A DNA stretch of 64,000 bases. Source: Callorhinchus milii. Its lineage: Eukaryota. The position numbers and the translations under genes were made by a program. This document shows, in pieces, positions 1 through 12,720 of the stretch. The stretch's first letter is position 1; each line of letters starts with the position of its first letter. The notes beneath the pieces are model-generated. The model ran no database searches. It had not been told where the DNA came from and worked only from the letters and a program-made list of their open reading frames with translations. The DNA lies in contig NW_024704742.1 in the NCBI RefSeq assembly GCF_018977255.1, positions 109,928,001-109,992,000 of the forward strand, read 5' to 3'.

Positions 1-479
1 GATTCACAGCGCAACCGTGTAGTAAGCAGGCCAGTGCTATACTGTGGGATCAGGCTGTACTTCCTTCCAACACTGTGTTACAAAACCAAGCATCAGAGCA
101 ATTCCGATTGGGTTTCATAATTTACTACAAGTTTTATTTAATTGTGTCCATTTCCAGCACAACCACAAGAAGTTTCAGTAAAGTCGCTAATGCGATCAGT
201 AGAAGTGATGTGAAGTTGTTCCTGGCAAATGTTAGTTCCCACTATTGGCTTGCTCCTGCAATTAGGAAGAGCAGACTACAAGTTGAGGTGATGGCACAGC
301 TCGTTCTTAATGCTCCATTATATTCACACGTTTTGCATGTGCACAGTTTCCAAAAGGGAATGCTTGCCACTTGAGGACATCATTAGGACTGATCTCATGA
401 GAATTTCATGCTGGACCTGCGCGGAACTAAAAAAACAAGAAAAGAATCTTGGCCAACGTGCCTTCATCTTTTTTGATGG

Positions 480-915
480 TTTCAACTTTACCTCACCAAA
501 TTCCACAGATCCCACATCAGGGTCCACAGACCAGACACCCATGTTCTTGCCCTCATCCTTATCTTTGGAAGTCTCCGTGGCCTGACCCCCATCTCTCTAT
601 CAGAATTGCTGTGACAAACTCCACCAGACACTCCTTCCACTTCACCTGCTTCATTGCATTCATCCCCTCCACCTTACCATTGGCAGATGAGTTTTCAACC
701 GCTTTGCTCCCACCCTCTAGAACTTCCCAAATCACTCTCATTTAAGGCTTGAAGAACTCATCTAAAAAAAAATCTATTTGACTGTGCTTTGGCCACATCT
801 CCCCTAACCTTCATGTCACCTTCTTTGCTCAGACTCCTGCTCGGCTTTTGAAAAGAACTTTGAAATGTTCTCCCTAAATGAAAGACACTGCATGTGTAAA
901 TTGTTATTGTTGTTG
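480..915 (+). mobile_element. Old L2 LINE 3' remnant
   Basis: C/T-rich stretch ending in TTTGACTGTGCTTTGG...GAAAGACACTGCATGTGTAAATTGTTATTGTTGTTG. This is a degraded version of the 3' end and (GTT)n tail of the L2 at 45907-48197. Confidence 0.5.
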
Positions 916-1936
916 GGAGCTTTTTCTAGCTATTAGCCATTGCTAATATTGTAATGTTCCCCATTGAGCTGTATACCACTGTGTTCAGTTTATTACTTTG
1001 ATGTCAGTAGCAGTAGTGTAAGATAACCCAGCATTTTATACCTTTACATGATGTTTTACTCTGGAACAGTGAGCCGTTAGGGTTCATTTGTTGCAAACAA
1101 TTTCCTCATTTGACTAAGACACAGTTTTTTTTTATAGTCAGGGCTTAGTTTGTGATTTAAATTACTGAAATCAGAGTGTATTTCCTTGCTTGAATGCTCA
1201 CACAGTTATACCTCTGAAAGCTGTTCTACAGGCTTATACTTTGTTAGGACTACTGCAGTTGATAGCAGGTGTGCAATGCACTCTGCATTCTTTTCCCATG
1301 CTTCAACTGCAAAGCCCTTAACACCAAAGGTTTATTTTCTCTGTGTTTCAAATCTAGTGGCCAGCTGATAATGAAGATCCAACTTACCATGTCATTAACT
1401 TTCCCTACAACTAATTAGCTGATCAACAAAATATACTGTGAGATGTTGACAGGAGCACACAAGTGCATATTTCAATTGTATGTAAAATGCTATTGTGTCA
1501 GCTAAAATGGAATGAAGAGGTAATAGATGCCAGATTTTACATTACACTGGAAAAATACCCCAAATTCAGTAAACTCTTGTACATGTTGTCATGAAACGTA
1601 CCGCATTTCTATATCCAATGTACCTCTAACACAAGGAAATATTATTAATTTTGAAGGTTGGTGGGGAAACATTATTTTAATGCAATCAATGCATCAAATA
1701 ATATTAGTTAATTTCATAATTTTTACTACATTTTGATTTTAGTTTCCCCAATCTCTGAACTAATCTTTAAATGAATGCAGGCAACTTGCTCTCATATTTC
1801 TACCAGTGAAATTGTACGAGAAGCAATTGTACGAGTAGGTGTTTGAGAATTACCTGGGTCACCATGTTCTCCACTTATACCTTCCTTCTCTTCCTGATAG
1901 TAAAGCAGGATTGTTATAAACACCCTGGTTAGAATT

Positions 1937-2165
1937 GTGGAGTCCTGTAGCTCAGTGGTTAGAGCACTCGCCTTGCAAGCGAGACACCTGGGTTCATTTC
2001 CAGGCAGGGCGAAACCTTGGGCAAGTTTCCTTACTCCACATGCATAATAATAATAATCCCTCCAAAAAACAATAATAAATTGATCATTTTCAATCCATGA
2101 CTGTTTGTGGGACACTGCTATGCGTAATTGGCTGCCGCGTTTCGCCCACAAATATACGGTCAATT
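1937..2165 (+). mobile_element. tRNA-Ala-derived SINE, short form, 3' tail missing
   Basis: Head GTGGAGTCCTGTAGCTCAGTGGTTAGAGCACTCGCCTTGCAAGCGAG (A box, B-box-like GGTTCATTTCC), then GACTGTTTGTGGGACACTGCTATGCGTAATTGGCTGCCGCGTTTCGCCCAC. Matches many other copies in the window. Confidence 0.9.
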
Positions 2166-2427
2166 ATAATCAGGAACTCATGAAGTGGGAAACGATGAAG
2201 ACAACCTACATCCTACTTGTATTAGGCATTTAAGTAACATGTTGGTATTTGTGTTGTTCCAACGAGACTGTTTTAAAAGCCACATTTTAGCCATTTCCTT
2301 CAAAGCGCATGCATGAATATTCCGGAATACAATTACTGTATTAGCTTTTTAAGACTGGATTAGCATGTCCACAATGTGACATTATAGAGAATACATAATT
2401 CTGTACAGATCAAATATAGATAATTGT

Positions 2428-2775
2428 AACAACAACAATTTAAGTTTAAATAGTTCTTTCAAATAGAATGTCTCAAAATATTTCACAAAGACTGAGCAGA
2501 AATCAAGAGTGTTAAGGGGGAGATGGCCGAAAGTGTGGGCAGAAGGAAAAGCTTTTAGAAGAGTCAGTTGAGAGTGAAACTGGAAAGTGCAGAGTCTCAG
2601 TGATGTACAAGGGAGGAAAGACGGTAGAGGATGGATTGGTTAACAGTGTCGAAGAGATCAAGGAGGAACAAAAGGCACAGGGAGCATTGGTCAGAGTCAG
2701 ATAGGGTGTTATTTGTGACTTTGATCAGAGCAATTTTAGTGCTTTGGGTGGGATAGAAGCCAGATTGGATGGATC
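2428..2775 (-). mobile_element. Old L2 fragment
   Basis: (AAC)n tail at the left end followed by purine-rich sequence resembling reverse-complemented L2. Confidence 0.4.
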
Positions 2776-3409
2776 AAGAGTTTCAAGATTGTACAATCCA
2801 ATTGAACACAAATATTAAATTCAGTGTTGAAACTTGAGTGGGAATCATTAAAAAAAACTTGTAACTGATATAAAACCTATTGTCTCAAAGCATTTCATTA
2901 AATGAGCTAATATCCACTAGAATAGGTTCAATAAGTCTTCAAAAGATGTCTGCACGGGAGAAGCAGTTTGGCTAAAATAAATATGGCAAGAAATAAAGCC
3001 ATCTATGCATCTTTGTACAAGTGGCAAGAGCTGGAACAATTTAAGGTGGTATTTCTGCTTCTCAGTAAATTTACTGACCTTGCTGGTGAGTGCTTATTAT
3101 TCTCATCTTGTTTGTAAATTACCCACAAACAAAGACGAGTACCTGCTCACTTTTAGAGTTAATAAATACATTGACAGGCAAAAATAATGCTTTCTAAAAT
3201 TGCTTTCTAATCCTCCCAGTGCTGGCGTTGAAGTGTTATCAGTAAATTAGGAGCTTCAACAGCAATTGGGGTAGTTATCAAAGCAGAAAAACATAGTTTG
3301 CAAATCTTTTCCAAAACACCCTTGCATACGTGGGCTGCTGCTTACACAGTTGCAGTTCTTTTGAAGTCTTATAAATTGCTCTTTTACTTCACGTCCCATT
3401 TTTGGTTAT

Positions 3410-4450
3410 GTCCATCCGCCACCAGGGCTCCCTCTGCCTCCTCGTTCTCCTTGACTTTTCTGCTGCCTTCGATACCGTTGACCACTCTATCCTCCTCCAC
3501 TACCTCTCCTTCAGATTCTGTCCTTGAATGGTTCAGATCCTACCTCTCATACCGTCTTTGCTTCATCTCCACAAACGGTTTCTCCTCTAGCCCCACACCG
3601 TCTCGTGCAACGTTCCTTAGGACTCTGTCCCTGGTCCCCTCCTCTTCAATATCTATATGCTCCCTCTTGGTGACATTATCCACAAACATGGGGTCAATTT
3701 CCAGATGTATGCAGATGACACCAACTGTATCTCTCTACCCTCGACTCCAGGACCACTGCTCTCCTGACAGAATGTCTGTCAGATATCAAGGCCTGGATGA
3801 GAGCTAACTTTCTACAATTGAACGTCAACAAGCCCGAGGCCCTCCTGATTGGCTCCCGTCAGCGCCTCCACACCTCAGGCACTGACAGCATCACCATCCA
3901 AGGATGCACACTCCACCTCACTAAGCCAGTCCAGAACCTTGGCGTCTTGTTTGAGCCTCACTTATCCTTTCTACCCCACATCCGTGCCATGACCCGCTCT
4001 GCCTTCCCCCACCTCCGCAACATTGCCTGGCTCCACCACTCTCTCACACCTCAGGCTGACGAGACTCTCATACACGCATTCATAACATCCAGGCTTGACT
4101 ATGCTTGTTGGCCTCCTCAACTCCTCCCTCCATAGGTTGCAGATCATCCAGAACTCTGCAGCCCTAGTGCTCTTCCGCACTAGGCTCCGTGACCCTATCA
4201 ATCCCATCCTTGCCCGAGTCCTCCGGACATGAAAGGCACTATACAAATAATAATAATAATCCTTGCATTTGATATAGCATTTGTCACATATTCTAGATGT
4301 GTCAAAACGCTTCACAGAATATACTGTAAAGTGAATTGACTGTATATTTGTGGGCCAAACGCAGCAGCCAAGTGCACACAGCAGTGTCCCACAAACAGTC
4401 GTGGATTGAAGTGACCAAATTATAATACAAAATGTAATTTTGTTGTTGCT
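3410..4450 (+). mobile_element. Degenerate L2 RT fragment (same family as 45907-48197), with a SINE inserted in its tail
   Basis: Colinear with ~46840-47680 of the young L2 (YADD codons [46 protein letters not shown]) with frameshifts. It then jumps to the tail GTCCTCCGGACATGAAAGGCACTATACAAAT, and the tail resumes after the SINE at ~4425. Confidence 0.9.
4246..4423 (-). mobile_element. 5'-truncated SINE (body plus tail)
   Basis: (AAT)n CCTTGCATTTGATATAGC...CAGCAGTGTCCCACAAACAGTCGTGGATTGAAGTGACCAAAT is the reverse complement of the SINE 3' half. Flanked by ATACAAA at 4241-4247 and 4425-4431. Confidence 0.9.
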
Positions 4451-4936
4451 TCCAGTTGCTGATCAAGCTCTATACAGGTGAGGACGGATTAAAGAAGTGG
4501 TTTAAATATCCTTGGAAGAATTTCCAAACATTTTAAAAATGGAAACAGTAATTATGGCATTTAGAGTTATGCACTGTGTATCTAATACAGATTCAGCTCT
4601 GTACTGCTTAAGAGCCATTGGCCTTTTCTGCCTAAGTAACAGTACACGTAAGCAGTATGAATGAAAGTGACATCTGAAGCCTGAAAATCCACCTGGTCTT
4701 ATAGTCTAAACATTTAACATTGCAAAGAATTTTTGAAACTGGGTTTCCACAAGTCTTTTTAAGAACTGGTGGGACCTGCTAAGTTTTCATAAAGAACACA
4801 AAACACACAGGCATTCCACTTTATAGTATATCCTGTGAAGCACTTTGGGACATCCTTCCATGTGTGAAAGACACTCTACCAAAGGTAAGTATTATTATAG
4901 AAGTATATAGACATGCCTGTATATAGATTTAGCTAT

Positions 4937-5053
4937 TCAAGATAGTGACTTCACTTTACACTATATATCAAGATAACCCACCCACTTTATTGTATATTAT
5001 TATTTATCAAGATAGTTCACTCACTTTACAGTATATATCAAGATAGCTCACCC
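4937..5053. repeat. Short degenerate minisatellite (~31-38 bp unit, ~3.5 copies)
   Basis: TCAAGATA recurs four times, three of them followed by ...CACTTTA...TATAT. Confidence 0.65.
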
Positions 5054-5174
5054 ATAAAACACAGTCACTGCCTTTTAACACATACAGTATCAATTACAAT
5101 GCAATGTGTCTAATATGTGTATATTTCCTATCATCCTACTATATGTCTAAATGACTATTTACCTTGTTTTTCTT

Positions 5175-5420
5175 TTCACTAAACTCCACCTGTCTAACAC
5201 CCCAGTCCTCCAGTGTTTCCCTGTCTCCCTGTGCCACCAAGCTTTTAGATTCTGCACATCTAACCTCTGGAACCTCACTGCCTCTAACATCTCGGCCCCC
5301 GTTTGTCTTCAAGTCCTGCCTCAAAACCTACCTCTCCCACGGTCAGTCTCCAGCCCTGTCAACAAAGCACTCCATAGACATTATCCAGCGTGAGGGGTCT
5401 ATACAAGTGCAAGTTGTTGG
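5175..5420 (+). mobile_element. Old L2 3' fragment
   Basis: CTCTGGAACCTCACTGCC...TTCAAGTCCTGCCTCAAAACCTACCTCT...CTATACAAGTGCAAGTTGTTG matches the L2 ORF2 end and tail. Confidence 0.6.
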
Positions 5421-7801
5421 CATTTCTAGCAGTACTATTTGTTTCCACAATCCTTTAGTGTCCAGTCTCATGGGATTCAATGTGATGATCCATATTAAAA
5501 GACATATGCCATTCTTGGCAGTTTGGGGCATTGGCATAATGTATGCAACAGCTCAGGATGTTTCTGTTTCAATGTTCATCCTGTCACTTGCATCATAGTT
5601 AAGTATATACAGAATCAGAGGCAGAGTATGTTTTAGATGTACTAATGCATATTCTTCAAAGTCGGCAAGTCAAGAGATGTGTGATTGCATAAATGATCTT
5701 AAAAGCACATTCAGTTATGTTTGAAAAATGTCTGCATTTACAATATGATTTATTTTGTTCAGTTCTATATTGTTTAAATTAAATTATTGTCTGTTGCAAA
5801 TAATCTTATTCTTGACTAACTTACCACAAATACAAAGGCAAACTTGCGCATATTTATTACAACTGTACAATAATTGATAAAATCCTTCTAGGACTTATAT
5901 TAGTTTTACTGTGCATCATAATTCTAAGCTGGTTTAGAGTAACCCTCATTATTATACTCAGAATTATCATGCTATGATTCCATTGCTTGAAATCCCTGCA
6001 CTATCTCCTTGACATGATCTGATTTACAGAATATCTTAAATCAAGAGAGTACTGGTTGATTTACCACAGTCTCACAGATGCCTGCAATTTTTGATGTGTG
6101 TGTTTTTCATGACGCATTGGAAGAAAGCATCTTTTGACTATCTATATTAAGGTGTGCTCTGTAAAGCAAATTCAAGAGCAGCATCGCCATCAGGTGTCAA
6201 AATCTTTCTCTTGGAATAATATCCTGCTTGCACATACTCATGACTTAGACAGCAACAGCTTCATTAGCACAACTTTCGGACTTGTAGCTTTCTCAAATAA
6301 TCTCCAGATGGTTTGGCATGATTAAAATTCCATTTCTAGACTGATGTGGTTAGAATTTTTAAAGTCACCTGTCACCGCTACATTTACAATTTTAGGGCAC
6401 TGTAGTACAACATTAGCAAATTGTGATTGGTTACATCTCCCTTGTTCCATTCCTGATGGATTCATTTGAAATATTTTTTATGCGGATGTGTTTTGAAAAC
6501 CGGTCCATACAGGATTGCCACCAACAATTTAGTTTTTCGCCTCACAATCTGAAACCAAGCTGTCTGGCCCCAGTGCACCACAGGGCAATAATTAGTGTAA
6601 CTAACATCACATATGAAACAGTAGTATGTTCAGCCAGGTCACCCTGAGACTTAAGGGTCTTAACAATTTGAGGTTGGAGGGCAATCTCTCTCCTTGTTTA
6701 ATCTGATGCACTGTCTGGTGAGATTTGCTTAAATCTTCAGTCACCTCTGACCTTGAGGTGTTACTCCCTGGTAAATTACTGATCACATGCCACGCTCTTT
6801 ATTCCCTTCTGTTTCTACGTCCATGGGGCTTTGTGTACCACAGCTTCATTTTAGAGTTCATGTAAAACTGTGCACAGATGATCAGCTTTCTAATACAGAT
6901 GAAAGATTACAAGTTAAACCACTTTGACATTCTTGTCTGTCACCAGGAGTTCATTGAAATGATGTCAAGCGTCCATTGCATTTTACTACTGTGTATGTTC
7001 AACTCATTTGTGTCACTTCAAACAACATTTTTGGTTGTGTTTGTACTAGAAACTATAGGTGTGGATGTATATCTGTTGGAGAAAGCATGCAGCATTAAAT
7101 TAGATGTTCTCAAGTGCCTATGGTAACAGGTTCCTTTGACAAATAACCATTGAGATCATTTCTATTTTTTGAAGTATGTGTTTGTTTTCTTTCATGTACA
7201 ACCAATAGTTTTGTAGCAGACCAATATAATAGAAGTGTATAGAGGCAGAACATGTCTTAATTAAACAACAACTTGCATTTATATAGCACTTTTCACGTAG
7301 GTAGGGCCTTGGAGCGTTTAGTAGTATCATCGTGTTATTGTAGTAATTCATAGTAATTTAATGATTCAAACAATGGTAACATTAATAGTGCATATTGTCA
7401 GAGTTATTTCTCAATCGTCAACTGCAAATTAAAGTCTGGAGCAGAGAGCCCAACGAATGAGCTATGAACGGAGTAAGGTGGGTACAGAATGAGTTTTTAG
7501 TGAAGGAATTTGGTAAGAGTGGGAATTCCTTGTTGTTTACCAACTGAAATTTAAACTTAACAATAACAATAACATGTCAGTTGGCAGTTGGCAGGTATTA
7601 GCCGGTATTAGGTTGGAACAAAGTGAGTCTTTAGTGAAGGAATTTGGTTAAGAGTGGGAATTCGGTGCAGAGGGGGAAGGAAGTGTTTTATGTAAAAATA
7701 AGCCGAAAAATAGAAATGGCAGTGTAGGAGAGGAGTACCTGTTATCTAGAAGAGGTGGGTGGGTCTCTGTTAGAAAAGGCTCCGGATGTCGTGGTAAGGT
7801 A

Positions 7802-8463
7802 ATGAGGCAGGATAAGGCATCCCTGGTGCTCTCAAACAGTTTATCTCCTCTGGAAAGAGACAATATGGAAACCCAAAGGCTAGCTGAGGCAGACAAGGAT
7901 GTGCCATCTCCCGAGACTGTCCAGCAGCCTGTCAGAGAAGGAGTGGAAAAGAGAAAGAAAACCAGACAAGTTGTGTTGTTAGGGGATTTGACTATTTGGT
8001 TTACAGACAGAATTCTGTGCAAATTGGACAGAGAAAATCGAATGGTAAGTTGTCTCCTGGGTGTACAAGTTGAAGATCTGACGTCCCAGGTTGACAAAAT
8101 GCGAGAGGGGGCAGTTGAGGAACCAATTGTGAGAAGAAATAACGTAGATAGAAAGAGACCAGAAGTCTTACATGCTAAACTCAAGGCATTAGGAAGGAAA
8201 CTTATAGGAAAGACTTCAAGTGTAGTTTTTTCAGAAGTACTCCCCATACCAAGTGCAGTGAGGAGAGATAGAGGTTAATAAGGCAGACCAATGCGTGGCT
8301 ACAGAATTGGTGTAGGGAATCAGGTTTTAGGTTCCTCAGACAGTGGGACCTCTTTTGGAATAAGGGACACCTATACAGACCAGATGAGTTCCATCTGAAC
8401 AAAAAGGGAATGGAGGTGTTGGCAGGTAGGATAGATTGTATGGTAAGGGAGCGTTTAAACTAG
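7802..8463 (+). pseudogene. CR1 ORF1 remnant with SGNH/GDSL esterase-like domain
   Basis: Block I-like VVLLGD(L) and C-terminal DxxH-like DEFHLN lie in different frames, joined by a frameshift near 8275. Confidence 0.8.
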
Positions 8464-8589
8464 ATACAGGAGTAGTTGCAGTAGGTGTAAGAGAGCACCC
8501 AAACCAATTAGGGGAAACCTTAAAGCGACGTGAGAGTGATGGGAGCAGAACTATCTGCTCTTGATACCATGCAAAGCAAATGTACCAAG

Positions 8590-10163
8590 CTTAAAGGCAC
8601 TCCTGATTGTTGGACAGGACCACAAAACAACTCATAAAGAGGGGGGAAAAAGCATTTAAGGCCATAAAGGAAAATGGCACAGAGGAAAGATGGACTCATT
8701 ACCTGAAGGAATGCCAGGATTGTAAGAAAGATAACAGAATGGCAAAGAAATTTTTTGAACTGAACATGACAAGAGATGTGAAGGATAACAAAAAAATGTT
8801 TTTCAGTTAAGTTAAGAGAAAAAGAAAAACGAGGCATTGAATAGAGCCATTGAAGGGGGGATCTGAGGATATAGCAAATGATGTTAAACAAGCTGCAGAA
8901 GTATTAAATAAGTTTTTTGCCTCAGTTTTTAGTAAAGAAGAGATGGGAAATGTATTGGTTCTGGAAAGAGAACTCAGTGGTGTTACAGTAGCAAGTTGTG
9001 ACACTACACATATCACTACCAGCATGGTTGCCGAACAACTGTGCAAATGTAGGGTAAACAAATCCCAAGGGCCGGATAAATTGCGCCCGAGGATCCTTAA
9101 GGAATTAGGGAAGGAAATTGCAGGAACTCTGGCACAATTCTTTCAGAAATCACTGGATACTGGAGAGGTTCCTGGGGACTGGGCAGATTTTACTCCTATT
9201 TTTAAAAAAGGTAGCAAAAGTGACCCAGGAAATACATACCAGTGAGTTTGAAGTAGACTCTTATTAAAAGTAAGATCATGGAGCATCTGGACAGTAAAAG
9301 ATAAAAGATAGCCAATATGGATTTATGAAGGGGGGATCCTACCAAACTAATTTACTGGTTTTCTTTGACTGTGTGACAAAGGAGCTTGATAAGGGGAAAG
9401 CAGTGAATGTTGCATATCTGGATATCAGTAAGGTCTTTGATACAGTTCCTCATGAAAGGCAAGTACTGAAATTAAAGAAAGCAGGAATTAGAGGAAGTAT
9501 CTTGCAATGGATATGTAATTGGCTGACCGATAGATCCCAGAAGGTGGTGGTACAGGGAATATCATCAGGCTGGGAGAAAGTTACCAGTGGAGTTCAATAG
9601 GGGTGTGCTTTCAGACATCTTTTATTTAACATCTTCATAAACAACCTGGAGCTAGGAGTCACAAGCACACTGGCTAAATTTGCAGATGACACAAAGCTAA
9701 TGAAGGTGGTAGACTGCAAAGATGAACAGGATAGGTTACAGGAGGATTTGAACATTTTGGGGAATTGGGCAAATCGATGGCGGATGAAATTTAATGTTGA
9801 GAAATGCAAAGAGCATTACATGGGGACAAAAAAATCCAGGAAGGGGCTATTATTCAAATGGTAAGAAAATAATCTGTAAAGAAAATGAAAAGGATCTGGG
9901 GATCCTCTTTGCTAATAAACTGAAGCTATCACAACAGTGCTCAGTAGCAGTGAGTAAGGCAAACCAGATGCTGGGCTATTTTGAAAGGACAATATTGAGC
10001 CAAAATAGTGGGGTAATCCTGCCACTTTATAAACCACTGGTGCGACCGCACTTGGAATTCTGTGTGCAGTTCTGGTCACCGCAATATAAAAAGGATATTG
10101 CAGCAATTGAGAGGATACAGAGGAGAGTAACCAAAATGATTGAGGGGATGGAGGGACTGGATC
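8590..10163 (+). pseudogene. CR1 ORF2 reverse-transcriptase remnant
   Basis: ORF-track fragments 8607-8810, 8850-9245, 9325-9600 and 9794-10297 carry successive CR1 linker, RT and C-terminal motifs. Confidence 0.88.
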
Positions 10164-10204
10164 CAAATATCAAATGCAAGGATTATTATAATTATAATAT
10201 TATT

Positions 10205-10565
10205 ACATTACAAAATTACATTTGTATAGCACCTTTCAAGGTGCTGCACAGTCTGGGATTTGGACCCGAATGGGTTGGTTGGGATCAGGGTGGATGACGG
10301 GCAGAGAGGGTAGTAGGATGGTCGAGGAGGAAGGTTTTAAGACGTGCCTTGAAGGAGGCAAGGGAGGGAGTGAGGCAAAGGGAATGTGGGATGGAGTTCC
10401 AAATGGTGGGGCAGAGAAGCTGAAGTCGACCACCGATGGTGGGGCGAGCCAGGCGGGGGACGTGGAGCAGGCCCGGAGCCTGCTGAGCGTAGGGAGCGGG
10501 CAGATTGATATGCAGTTAGTGGGTCACAGAAGTAGGAAGTGCCATGGAGTGCCTTGAATGCAAGA
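10205..10565 (-). mobile_element. L2 3' fragment, flanked on both sides by short + strand SINE tails
   Basis: Reverse complement matches ~47730-48180 of the young L2 (FKALHG..., ARSLRSAGSG, CCACCATCGGTGGTCG). ATATCAAATGCAAGGATTATT tails lie at ~10167 and ~10581. Confidence 0.8.
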
Positions 10566-11733
10566 AGGCATGATAAGGCTATATCAAATGCAAGGATTAT
10601 TATTATATAATACAATAAGCTACAGGAAAAATAGTCAAATTCAGGAAGGCTAAAGTTTCATTGAAATACCTTTGGATATTTGGATATCCATAGATATTAT
10701 AAAGTAGGTATAAAATGTATGATAGACAGATTCATGGTCTGTGCAAGGATTAGGTTTATAGAGCTAACTCGTCCTGCTGTTATGGAACAAAACTTTCTAG
10801 CTTGAATGGATGGCAGATAGACTGCAGTGTTATTTTGTGTACATTCCTGTGTACCTACCTTCGGCTAAAACTGGGAAATACAGCAGTAATATAAGAGTTT
10901 TAGGTAACCAAAAGGATATCTCTATACTATGTTCCAATATAAAAAGGCTCCATTATTGGCTTGCTAAGTACAAGTCTATGTTAGTTCCAAACTGGGGTAA
11001 ATAATGTATAGTTTGCTAATATGATTATATTACTTACATCTATTCTATGGCAAGCTCCACATACTGAAAAATACTAAATTTGGTTCCAGTGTGTGAGCTG
11101 ACTCCCTGAATGTTCCATTCTACAACTATATCTCTCTACATGAAGTGGAATTGAACATCACATTTGATGAAAACTCAGGTCTAACCTCATATTAGATAAT
11201 GCAGTACATTTACTTAAAGGTAGATCATCTAATAGCTGAATAAATATCAAAATCGATTTGAAAAGCTGTTAACTCTTACTACTTAACTGTTTGGATTTTT
11301 TATGTGCTACCAGACAAACCAGATGCTCCTGCCTCATTTATTTCAGCTGCCCCTGCCAACTAAAGTTTTCCCATCTGAGCAGAATGAGACAAATACCATG
11401 GGTGAGAAATTTTCTTGCTGTTAAGTGTAGCAACTTTTACAATGTGTGATTATAATGAGATTTTCCAATTAGAAGTATGCACCATGAAAGTTGCTACACT
11501 TAGCGTCAGGAGAAATTTCACTCTCATGTTTATTCACGAGAGGGAATCAAAGGCAAACTTCAATAACCATAAAGCATATTACTGCATTTTATCATGCACC
11601 ATCCCAATCTTAAATTTCCTATTTAATTTTAGAGTAAATCTTATGATCAAAAAATGTAACGATTCTCTTCATCTCACCACAACTACAACTCACCATTTGC
11701 AGATCTTGCAGTGCTTTTGATTATTATTGTGTT

Positions 11734-12336
11734 AGCCAAGCCTGGTTTAGTTAGTGATACTCTTGCTCTGAATCAATAGGTTGTGGATTCAAGCCACACA
11801 TCGGGACTTGAAACTCACAATCTAGGCTGACATTCCAATACAGTGATGGATGTGGACTGCTTTGTTCAGGGTGCTGTCCTTTGGTTGAAACCAATAATCC
11901 CTCCAAAAAACAAAACAATGATAAAAATTGGTCATTTTCAATCCATGACTGTTTGTGGGACACTGCTGTGTGCAATTGGCTGCCGCGTTCGCCCACAAAT
12001 ATACAGTCAATTCACTTTACAGTAAGCACTATATCAAATGCAAGGATTATTATTATTATTAAACATTAACCAGGGTTCTATTTCCCTGTTTGGATGGATG
12101 TTAAAGATCCCATAGTACTGATCTAAATGAGAAGGGAATTTTTCCCAGTGTCTCAGCCACAAATCTCCCTGATAAAATTGAGCATTCACTATATGGCTAT
12201 TTGTGAGATTTTGCTGTATACAAATTGGCGTTTGCCTATAAATGTACAGTCACAAGACTTCACAGTAAAATCCCATGAAGCGCTTTGAGACATCTCGACA
12301 ATGTGATAAGGCACAGTATCAAATGCAAGGATCATT
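11734..12336 (+). mobile_element. Older tRNA-derived Deu-type SINE (SacSINE1-like) hosting a younger SINE fragment
   Basis: Degenerate tRNA head (CTCTTGCTCTGAATCAATAGGTTGTGGATTCAAGCC), GGATGTTAAAGATCCCAT body and AAGCGCTTTGAGAC...ATCAAATGCAAGG tail. Same layout as 27150-27587 and 53086-53935. Confidence 0.7.
11893..12060 (+). mobile_element. 5'-truncated young SINE nested in the older SINE
   Basis: AATAATCCCTCCAAAAAAC...GACTGTTTGTGGGACACTGCTGTGTGCAATTGGCTGCCGCG...ATATCAAATGCAAGG(ATT)n. Confidence 0.85.
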
Positions 12337-12454
12337 GAAAAGCTTACCTTTTGTTGCATACGAGTTGAACCAGTAATAATCAGTAATAACCTCCTCAGAA
12401 CACGCAAACATATCATAAATAGACATTTCTCATCTTATCACAACAGCAAAGCAG

Positions 12455-12720
12455 GGAGTTCACCCAGGAAAGTGTCTTTAGCACTCTTCTGTTTTTTATC
12501 TTCATCAGTGCCCTGGTGGATGTCATTAATACTGATGTTCTGTCTGCGGATGATTGCCCACTACACAGCAGTTAGCTCTCTATCAGAAAGACAAACTATG
12601 ACCCACTGCAGATAGATATAGAGAGATTTGGACTGTGAAAGGACAAGCGATATAATGTCTTCATTGTTGAGAAGACCCAGTCAATAGCTGTCAGGAAACA
12701 TGGATCATGATAGTGCCCAC
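12455..12720 (+). mobile_element. Very old non-LTR retrotransposon RT remnant
   Basis: Translates as QESVFSTLLFFIFISALVDVINTDVLSADDCPL, resembling the [19 protein letters not shown]...FADD core of CR1/L2-group RTs. Confidence 0.55.

Larger units (their letters stand above)
7430..10163 (+). mobile_element. CR1 LINE, decayed, with 5' UTR, esterase ORF1 and RT ORF2 remnants; endonuclease region missing and 3' end truncated
   Basis: ORF1 motifs VVLLGD, VSCLLG, NAWLQNWC, DEFHLN, ending TTAAACTAG at 8463. ORF2 motifs KSQGPDKLRPRILKEL, YLDISKVFDTVPH, KFADDTKL (FADD at 9679-9690), RPHLEFCVQFWSP, ERIQRRVTKMI. Multiple stops and frameshifts. Confidence 0.92.

Noticed and set aside
1853..1892. Collagen-like GISGEHGDPG minus-strand segment with splice signals
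   Set aside because: Only three Gly-X-Y triplets, the length and phase do not fit collagen exons, and no other collagen exons were found.
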